DNA of 64,000 nt, from the sequence record DRR378314_1208, one strand, 5' to 3'. Position 1 is the stretch's first letter, and each line of letters starts with the position of its first letter. The notes beneath the pieces were generated by a model. That model searched no databases, was not told the origin of the DNA, and saw only the letters and a program-made list of their open reading frames with translations. A program made the translations under genes and the position numbers. Shown here one piece after another: positions 57,079 to 64,000 of this stretch.

Positions 57079-57956
57079 GCGCTGAAACCGCCATCTTCGA
57101 GGCTGAACGCCCCGGCCTGACCGCCCTGTGCTATCGCATGCTCGGCGAGCGGGCCAGCGCGGAAGACGCCGTACAGGACACGTGGCTGCGCTGGCAGCGG
57201 ACAGACCGTACGCGCATCGAGAACCCCCGTGCCTGGTTGCGTCGCACCGCCGCCCGCATCGCCATCGACGCGCTGCGCTCTGCCCGCGCCCGCCGCGAGA
57301 CATATCCCGGCCCGTGGTTGCCAGAGCCCATCGTGGAATCGCCGAGCCTGACCGTGGAGGATCGCTTCGCGCTGGCGCAGGAATGTGAGCTCGCCCTGCT
57401 CTGGGCCATGGAGCGCCTGTCGGAAACAGAGCGCGCCGCCTTCATCCTGCGCGAAGCCTTCGATGCGGGCTATGACGAAATCGCCGCCGCAACGGGAAAG
57501 TCGGAGGCTGCCTGTCGTCAATTGGTCAGCCGCGCCCACAAACGCCTGCAGGAAACCGGCCCGCGCTTTGACGCCGCCCCGTCTGAAGTGGCGGATTTGC
57601 TCCAGCGTTTCATGGCCGCCGCCGCTGCACAGGACCACGCTGCCGTGCTGGACCTGCTGTCACCGGATGCCACCGCCTATACAGATGGCGGGCGCAAGGC
57701 CCGCGCGGCGCTGCGCCCGCTGCATGGCCCGGCGGATATTGTTCAGGTGTTGATGGGTGTAATGATGAAATCAATGCGCGACGGCGAAGACTGGACCATG
57801 GAGCCCGCCCTCGCCAATGGCGCCCCCGCCCTGATCCGTAGGCTGAAAGGAAAGGTCGATCTCGTCCTCACCCTCGCCCCGGATTCTACTGGTCGCATCG
57901 CCTGGCTCTACGCCATGCGCAACCCGGACAAGTTGCCGAATCCGTCGCGTGACTGA
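57075..57956 (+). CDS. sigJ: ECF41 sigma factor (SigJ type) with C-terminal SnoaL-like extension
   Basis: Motifs YRMLG..SAEDAVQD, linker YPGPWLPEP, DGG and NPDKL. ATGA overlap. Confidence 0.92.
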   Translation: MSAETAIFEAERPGLTALCYRMLGERASAEDAVQDTWLRWQRTDRTRIENPRAWLRRTAARIAIDALRSARARRETYPGPWLPEPIVESPSLTVEDRFALAQECELALLWAMERLSETERAAFILREAFDAGYDEIAAATGKSEAACRQLVSRAHKRLQETGPRFDAAPSEVADLLQRFMAAAAAQDHAAVLDLLSPDATAYTDGGRKARAALRPLHGPADIVQVLMGVMMKSMRDGEDWTMEPALANGAPALIRRLKGKVDLVLTLAPDSTGRIAWLYAMRNPDKLPNPSRD

Positions 57957-57970
57957 CAAACGCCTGTAAG

Positions 57971-57999
57971 TTGATTTTTCGTCCCCTCCAGCGCATAAT
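57971..57999 (+). promoter_or_regulatory. Candidate sigma70 promoter of the EEP gene
   Basis: TTGATT (57971-57976), 17-nt spacer, CATAAT (57994-57999). Confidence 0.5.
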
Positions 58000-58019
58000 T
58001 CCTTGCGGGAGGGACGATC

Positions 58020-59393
58020 ATGAATCTAACAAAGCTGCGCTATCACGGGTTTTTCAAGAACAATCCCGAAACCACCCGGCGGACGATTGATCGGTTGCGA
58101 GAGCTGAAGCTCTGGATGGCCCGGCCCGAGGCGGACGGCGGCGGCGGCGTGCCGCCCAAGGATACCGACGCCACTCTGCTGCTCGCCACATGGAACATAC
58201 GGGATTTCGGCAAGAACAAGGGCTATGGCGACCGCACGCTGGAACCGCTGCATTACATGGCCCAGATCATTTCAGGCTTCGATCTCGTCGCCCTTCAGGA
58301 AATCACAGACGATCTCAGCCTGTTTAAAGACCTTATGGACATACTGGGCCGAAACTGGGAATTCATTGCCACGGATGTCACCGGGAACCAGGAACGTATG
58401 GTGTTCGTATACGACACGCGCAAGGTTCACTTCCGCTCAATCGTCGGCGAAATCACGCTGTTGGAAGATGAACTCATCCGTACCCGTCAATCGGTGCCCC
58501 TGCCGGCAGACGCCATTCTTCGAAAGAAAGATGGCACGATCATCGCGCTGCCGGATGATGTTGAGCTGGAATTGCCGGAAGGCGCGAAGGAACTGAACGG
58601 AAAGCAATTCAACCGCACGCCCTTCATGGTATCCTTCCAGGCAGGCTGGTTCAAATTCAATCTCTGTACCGTGCACATGTATTACGGATCCGGCAAGGAA
58701 GGACTGGAACGCCGCAGGCAAGAGATCGAAAAAGTGGCGCAAGTGTTCCAGAAACGGGCGGAGAAAGAGCGCCGCAAGGCCAAGCAGGCCGCCGAGGCGC
58801 GCAATGAAACGCTAGATGAATCCGCGCTGGAAACCTATTTCGTGCTCGGCGATTTCAACATTCTCAAGCCCAGCCAGCGCACCGGCGAGAGCGAAACCCT
58901 GAACGCGCTGCTCGACAATGGTTTCGGCATGCACCCGAAACTTCGGGAAGCACCAACCAACATGTTCCAGACAGAATATTATGACCAGATCGCCGTGCTG
59001 GAAGACCATGGCCAAGTGAAGATGGATGAGGCAAAGGCCGGTGCGCTCGATTTTTTCCAAGTCGTCTACCGCGCTTCCGAAGAAGACGTCGCCATCCGCA
59101 ACATGGATGCTGACGAGGATTTTCCTGCGGCAGCGGAGTCGGACTTCCTGGCCTATTTCGACCAGATGGGCGAAACCGACCTGCGCGACACACACGACCG
59201 GAAACGCACCTTCAAGGATAATGTGAAAGTTGTGGCGGGTGACCTGCGGACACCGGCGCAACAGCGCGAATGGTACGCCACAAACTGGCGCACCTATCAC
59301 ATGTCAGACCATATTCCGCTCTGGATGGCGCTGAAGATCGATTTCAGCGAGGACTATCTGGACCGCATTGAGGATAAGCTTTCGCCTAATTGA
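58020..59393 (+). CDS. Endonuclease/exonuclease/phosphatase (DNase I-like) family protein
   Basis: Motifs ATWNIRDF, ALQEI, FVYD, TVH, GDFN, YDQI and SDH. No signal peptide. Confidence 0.9.
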   Translation: MNLTKLRYHGFFKNNPETTRRTIDRLRELKLWMARPEADGGGGVPPKDTDATLLLATWNIRDFGKNKGYGDRTLEPLHYMAQIISGFDLVALQEITDDLSLFKDLMDILGRNWEFIATDVTGNQERMVFVYDTRKVHFRSIVGEITLLEDELIRTRQSVPLPADAILRKKDGTIIALPDDVELELPEGAKELNGKQFNRTPFMVSFQAGWFKFNLCTVHMYYGSGKEGLERRRQEIEKVAQVFQKRAEKERRKAKQAAEARNETLDESALETYFVLGDFNILKPSQRTGESETLNALLDNGFGMHPKLREAPTNMFQTEYYDQIAVLEDHGQVKMDEAKAGALDFFQVVYRASEEDVAIRNMDADEDFPAAAESDFLAYFDQMGETDLRDTHDRKRTFKDNVKVVAGDLRTPAQQREWYATNWRTYHMSDHIPLWMALKIDFSEDYLDRIEDKLSPN

Positions 59394-60825
59394 TGCCCAG
59401 CGCCGACACGTCCACGCCCTGCGCGGCGAGGCCGCCGATGACGTTTTCCTGTGTGCGCTCCAGATTGTGATGGCGAGCGCTGTCGCGCAGGGCCATCAGG
59501 TCTTCCGCGTTCAGCCACTCGCCCGCGCGGATCAGGGCCTCAGGTGCGTGCAAACAGGATATATCCGCCAGCGGATCACAGGCATAGAGCACAAGATCCG
59601 CCGCGCAGCCTTCGCGCGCGCAGCCATCCTGCCCCTCACGCTCCAGCACCCGCGCGGGCGCATCCGTCGCCGCCTTCAGGGCCTCAAACGGGGACAGCCC
59701 TGCCTCCACCATCAGCGCCAATTCCTCGACCAGGGACAGGCCCGGCACATTGGTGAAGATCCCCGCATCGCTGCCCGCGACCAGCGTGACGCCCGCCTCG
59801 TGCAGCCATCTGGTCATGCGCAGGTGAAACGCATCCCGCTCCGCCGTCGGCCCGGCCGGCGCGCCCGACCAGTATTCGTACATGTCGGTTTCCGTGGCCT
59901 GCACCAGAGGATTCAACAATTCCGTCTCCGGACGGGTCAGCGCCGCGCCTTGCGTGTCTGCCACGCGCCAGAGATTGTGAAACGCCAGCAGCGTCGGCGT
60001 GACCGGCACACCGGCTTCTGCGATCTGTACGGCCAGCGCCCGCGCCGCTACCTCATCCTCCCGGTCGCTCAACCCGTGCCAGACAATCGATTCCACATGC
60101 TCGATCGTCTCGAAGCCATCATCAAGAATTTCACTGAACGCAATGTCGAATGGCGCTTCGAACGGCACGCCCGGTCCGCGCACCCCCTCGGGCGTGTGCC
60201 CGGTGATGATGAAGCCGCGCGCGTCCGCCTCTTCGCGCACCGCGCCATAGGCGTCGCGGGTGAGATTGGAATAGACTTTCATGCGCGTGAAGCCCTGCTC
60301 GGCCTGCCATGCGATGGCGGCGCGCGCATCGTCTGCCGTCTCCACCAATTGATGGTTCACCTGCGCATTCGGCCCGGCGCTGTTCAGGATCGGCCCGGTG
60401 GTGACAAGGTGCGGCCCGATCACGGCGCCTGACTCGATCTGCTCGGCCATGGTCAGGTGAAACGGCAGGCCCGACATGTTGCGCACCCGCGTCACGCCCC
60501 AGGAGAGATACGCCCCAAGCTCCGCCTCATCCCAGACATGAACATGCATGTCAGTCAGGCCGGGGATCATGGTCAGCCCGCTGGCGTCCTGTTCCACTGT
60601 CGCGGTCAGGCCCGTCCGCGTCTCCGCAACGGCCAGAACCCCGCCATCGCCAATCAGGACGAAGGCATTGTCGCGCTCCTCTGGAGCCTCGCCTGAAAAA
60701 TCGATCACGCGAACATTGGAAACCAGCAGGTCACCTTGCAGGGGCTGCGTCTCCGGCCCCGGCGAGGCACACGCCGCAACCAGCGCGCAGAGCGCCGCAC
60801 CGCCCCATATCCCGAATTGCCGCAT
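59386..60825 (-). CDS. Amidohydrolase family lipoprotein
   Basis: Lipobox LVAAC. Motifs PGLTDMHVH, KVY, TGH, IEH and AGSDAG. RBS GGGAGG. Confidence 0.88.
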   Translation of the reverse strand: MRQFGIWGGAALCALVAACASPGPETQPLQGDLLVSNVRVIDFSGEAPEERDNAFVLIGDGGVLAVAETRTGLTATVEQDASGLTMIPGLTDMHVHVWDEAELGAYLSWGVTRVRNMSGLPFHLTMAEQIESGAVIGPHLVTTGPILNSAGPNAQVNHQLVETADDARAAIAWQAEQGFTRMKVYSNLTRDAYGAVREEADARGFIITGHTPEGVRGPGVPFEAPFDIAFSEILDDGFETIEHVESIVWHGLSDREDEVAARALAVQIAEAGVPVTPTLLAFHNLWRVADTQGAALTRPETELLNPLVQATETDMYEYWSGAPAGPTAERDAFHLRMTRWLHEAGVTLVAGSDAGIFTNVPGLSLVEELALMVEAGLSPFEALKAATDAPARVLEREGQDGCAREGCAADLVLYACDPLADISCLHAPEALIRAGEWLNAEDLMALRDSARHHNLERTQENVIGGLAAQGVDVSALGIN

Positions 60826-60921
60826 ATACACCTCCCTGACCGGCTACGAGTCGATCAGACTATACCCGCGCAGGAAGCTGGAACCAGCCCGGCACGGAAA
60901 ACATGTATCGGAGTCCCGGCG

Positions 60922-62223
60922 CTAGCTCAGCGCGCGCCAGCCGATGTCGCGGCGGCAGAAGCCTTCCGGCCAGTCAATCTGCTCCACGCCGGCATAGGCG
61001 CGGTCGACCGCCTCTTTCAGCGTTTCGCCACTGGCCGTGACGTTCAGCACGCGCCCGCCATTGGCCACCAGCGCGCCACCCTCATCAATATCGGTGCCCG
61101 CATGGAACACGGTGACGCCGGGCAATTCATTGGCCGGTTTCACGCCGCGAATGATGGAGCCCTTGGCATAGCTGCCCGGATAGCCTTCCGTGGCCAGAAC
61201 AATCGTTGCTGTCGGCTCGAACCCGTCCAGCTCCAGCAGCGCTTCGAAGGCCTCTTCATTGCCCTCCAGGCCGCCCGTCGCCGCGCCGAGGATTGCCGGC
61301 ACGATGTCGCCCTTCAGGCCTTTCATCAGGACCTGGCATTCAGGGTCTCCGAACCGCGCATTGAACTCCACAACCTTCGGCCCGGACTCAGTCACCATGA
61401 TGCCGACATAGAGCACGCCCTGATACGGCATGCCGTCCGCCTTCATGCCCTTCAGCATGGGCTGCACGATCTCTGCCTTCACGCGGGCAAGAATATCATC
61501 GGTCACCACAGGCGCCGGGGCGTAGGCGCCCATGCCGCCCGTATTCGGCCCGGTATCGCCATCGCCCGCGCGCTTGTGGTCCTGCGCCGCGGGCAGGTAA
61601 ACTGCGCCGGCGCCATCGGTGATCACGAAGATGCTGGCTTCCTCGCCATGCATGAATTCCTCGATCACCAGCGTCGCGGAGGCATCGCCAAACTTGCCGG
61701 ACAGCATCTCGTCGATCTCGGCGTCGGCCTGCTCCAGCGTCTCGGCAATCACCACGCCCTTGCCCGCGGCCAGGCCATCGGCCTTCAGCACATAGGGCGC
61801 TTCCAGTGTGCGCAGATAGGATTTCGCCAGCACCGGGTCGGTGAACTCACCATAGGCCGCGGTCGGCACGCCATATTGCACCATACGCGCCTTGGAGAAC
61901 GCCTTGGAGCTTTCCAGCTGCGCCGCCTGCTGGCTGGGCCCGAACACGTCAAAGCCCCGCGCCCGCAAGATGTCTGCAAGCCCCTCGGCCAGTGGCGCTT
62001 CCGGTCCGATCACCACAAGGTCCGGCTCCACCTGCAGCGTCAGCTGCACCAGCTTGTCGATATCGGTGACAGCCACATCGAAACAGGGGCCGATCTCGTC
62101 CATGCCGGGATTGCCCGGTGTCGAGTGAACCATGTCCACCAGTGGCGATTGCGCCATTTTCCACGCCAGAGCGTGTTCACGCCCGCCCGATCCGATCAGA
62201 AGAATGTTCATGGCCGCGCTCAT
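60922..62223 (-). CDS. purD: Phosphoribosylamine--glycine ligase
   Basis: Motifs GSGGREHAL, KADGLAAGKGV, QDHKR, NTGGMGAY and EFNARFGDPE. Confidence 0.97.
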   Translation of the reverse strand: MSAAMNILLIGSGGREHALAWKMAQSPLVDMVHSTPGNPGMDEIGPCFDVAVTDIDKLVQLTLQVEPDLVVIGPEAPLAEGLADILRARGFDVFGPSQQAAQLESSKAFSKARMVQYGVPTAAYGEFTDPVLAKSYLRTLEAPYVLKADGLAAGKGVVIAETLEQADAEIDEMLSGKFGDASATLVIEEFMHGEEASIFVITDGAGAVYLPAAQDHKRAGDGDTGPNTGGMGAYAPAPVVTDDILARVKAEIVQPMLKGMKADGMPYQGVLYVGIMVTESGPKVVEFNARFGDPECQVLMKGLKGDIVPAILGAATGGLEGNEEAFEALLELDGFEPTATIVLATEGYPGSYAKGSIIRGVKPANELPGVTVFHAGTDIDEGGALVANGGRVLNVTASGETLKEAVDRAYAGVEQIDWPEGFCRRDIGWRALS

Positions 62224-62453
62224 TGCGCGGGTTGGCCCCCGGAATCAAGCCCTCAGCGGCGCAGACCGCTCACACCGCCCGCCACCGCCGCCTTTGCTGG
62301 CAGAGCAAGATGGGGAAAGTGGCAACCCTATCCCCATCCATTTCGTGCACTCACCCGAAAAATTATATTAATTTACAAGGCATTGACACCCTCCAACCTG
62401 GCGCGCTCCTGCTGCCAATCCGGCAGGGGTGGGCGCCTGTCAGGGTCAGAGGC

Positions 62454-63140
62454 ATGCAAGCGCGTTCTGACTCCTCCCTGTTTGGCCTGATCGAGTTCTG
62501 GTGGTCCGTGGCCAGCTATCTCGCCTCGTCGGCGCAGACCGGGCTCGGCCTCTGGCCCGTTCCGGCCAAGCCCTTCCTGCCCCGCGCAGAGCATGAGCGC
62601 CTTGGCGGCCTCGTCACCTTCCTGGAAGCCATCCTGCGCCGCCTGCTCTATCTCGAAGCCGAGGATCTGGGGGCCCTTCCATCACGCTCGCTCAACGGGC
62701 TCATCGCGGTGCCGACGCGCTCCCAACCGCACCAGGATGCCCCGCCCGGCAAAGCCCTTGGGTCAGAGCCACGCTTCAGGCTGATGGAATCGACGCCGCG
62801 CAAGGCGGCCAATCCCCCACCGAAACAGTTCCGCACCGGGCCGCGCATACGCTTCCTAGACGAGCCCGCACCGGTTGACCTTCGGGATTATCCCGCGCTG
62901 CCGACTGACATTTTACCCAGCGGAATTCTCATCCGCCGACTGCGGGCGATTAACCATGCACTGGACCATCCGGGCCAATATATAACCCGGATGCGCCGTC
63001 TGATCGGTGCTGCCGCGCCCGTCTTGCGCACGGCCTGCCCACCTGTGTTCAGGTCGCGCAGACTGAAGCATCTACAACAGGAAAGCGCCCGTGATCTGCA
63101 CGCTGTTGCGATGATGGCGCACGCCCCGGACACATCCTGA
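62454..63140 (+). CDS. Hypothetical protein
   Basis: ATG 62454 follows GAGG. TTGACA at 62383 follows an AT-rich tract. No recognisable motif. Confidence 0.55.
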   Translation: MQARSDSSLFGLIEFWWSVASYLASSAQTGLGLWPVPAKPFLPRAEHERLGGLVTFLEAILRRLLYLEAEDLGALPSRSLNGLIAVPTRSQPHQDAPPGKALGSEPRFRLMESTPRKAANPPPKQFRTGPRIRFLDEPAPVDLRDYPALPTDILPSGILIRRLRAINHALDHPGQYITRMRRLIGAAAPVLRTACPPVFRSRRLKHLQQESARDLHAVAMMAHAPDTS

Positions 63141-63326
63141 ACCCGCCTGAAATCCATCCTTTCCGCGCGAAGCCCACCGGCTCTCGCGCCGCCTGTGCTG
63201 GTTAACATATCCTTTCCGGGGCCGGATCATTTGGCTGGCATGGTTTTACCGAGAAGTTATCCCGATCTGCGATGGTACGGCGTGAACCTAAAAAGGCCAG
63301 GTGAGGCTATCTCAGGGGTGGGAACC

Positions 63327-64000
63327 ATGATTATCCTGAATTTTGCGGCAGCACAGCTCAAAACGTTGCGCCGCCTGAAAGACGAAACCGAAGGCAATGT
63401 CGCGATCATTTTCGCGCTGTTGACCATTCCGCTTTTCCTGCTGATGGGATTTGCGATTGACCTTCAACAGGTCAACACCGCGAAGAACCGTGTGCAGTAT
63501 ATTCTCGACAGCGCGGTGATCGCCGGCGCGCGGGAGATGCAGGAGGGCAAGTCAGACACTCAGATCAAGGCCTACATCCTGAACTATTTCGAATCCGCGA
63601 TGAAGGCCCAGGGTATGGCGACAGATTGCGCTGACCCCGTCTCGACCATTGCGAGCGAATCCCAGGACATTTCCGTTACGGTGAGGTGTGACCAGCCGAC
63701 CTCGATCATGCAGATCACCGGCACGAAAGAGCTGACCTTTGGCGTCACATCCGCATCGACCTATGGTATCGGCAAGGTCGATATCGCCTTTGTGTTCGAC
63801 GTCTCCGGCTCCATGGGCGGCAGCAAGATGACGGCTCTGAAAGATGCCGCGGAAACGGCAGTTGATGTGCTTATCCCCGTCAAGGATGATGGCACAACCG
63901 GCGAAGTTCGCATCGGCATGGCGTCCTATTCCTCAATGGTGGATGCAGGCAGCGACTATTTCCTCAAGGCCACAGGCAAGACACCTATCCGTATCTATAC
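63327..64000 (+). CDS. TadG-like pilus assembly protein with VWA domain (runs off the window)
   Basis: Not in the ORF track. Translates as MIILNF...EGNVAIIFALLTIPLFLLMGFAID...Q..LDSAVIAGA...FVFDVSGSM, with a prepilin-like GN site and the MIDAS motif DxSxS. Confidence 0.88.
   Translation, partial: MIILNFAAAQLKTLRRLKDETEGNVAIIFALLTIPLFLLMGFAIDLQQVNTAKNRVQYILDSAVIAGAREMQEGKSDTQIKAYILNYFESAMKAQGMATDCADPVSTIASESQDISVTVRCDQPTSIMQITGTKELTFGVTSASTYGIGKVDIAFVFDVSGSMGGSKMTALKDAAETAVDVLIPVKDDGTTGEVRIGMASYSSMVDAGSDYFLKATGKTPIRIY

Noticed and set aside
60736..62490. 584-aa plus-strand ORF and other long antisense ORFs (e.g. 8967-10082, 37613-38902, 40433-41584, 45659-46720, 53580-54659, 59368-60432)
   Set aside because: They are shadows of well-supported genes on the opposite strand, have no motifs, and are expected in high-GC DNA.

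Overview
GC-rich alphaproteobacterial chromosome segment. Gene content and protein style suggest Caulobacterales/Hyphomonadaceae, which is an inference. It is mostly housekeeping and metabolic genes: the polA 3' end, chvI/chvG, acs with an actP-like symporter, rplY-pth, HU, class II DAHP synthase, gor-rpiA-glmU-gph, tRNA-Val(CAC), the DUF374-waaA-lpxK-acyltransferase lipid A cluster, rluB, a P450 cluster, ABC-F, an ECF41 sigma module, purD and a partial tadG-like gene. I saw no integrase, transposase, CRISPR array, rRNA or reverse transcriptase. The most unusual signals are: (1) a TIR-ParA fusion next to a secreted caspase-family protein; (2) a mostly translationally coupled array of five single-pass membrane proteins from two paralog families, ending in a relic start codon of a lost copy, with a further paralog nearby; (3) a candidate ~115-nt two-hairpin sRNA with C-rich loops; (4) chvI and chvG split by three genes, the first overlapping the chvI end; (5) stems that would hide the RBS in read-through transcripts of the caspase and EEP nuclease genes. 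Family and DUF names come from recalled motifs, not database searches.
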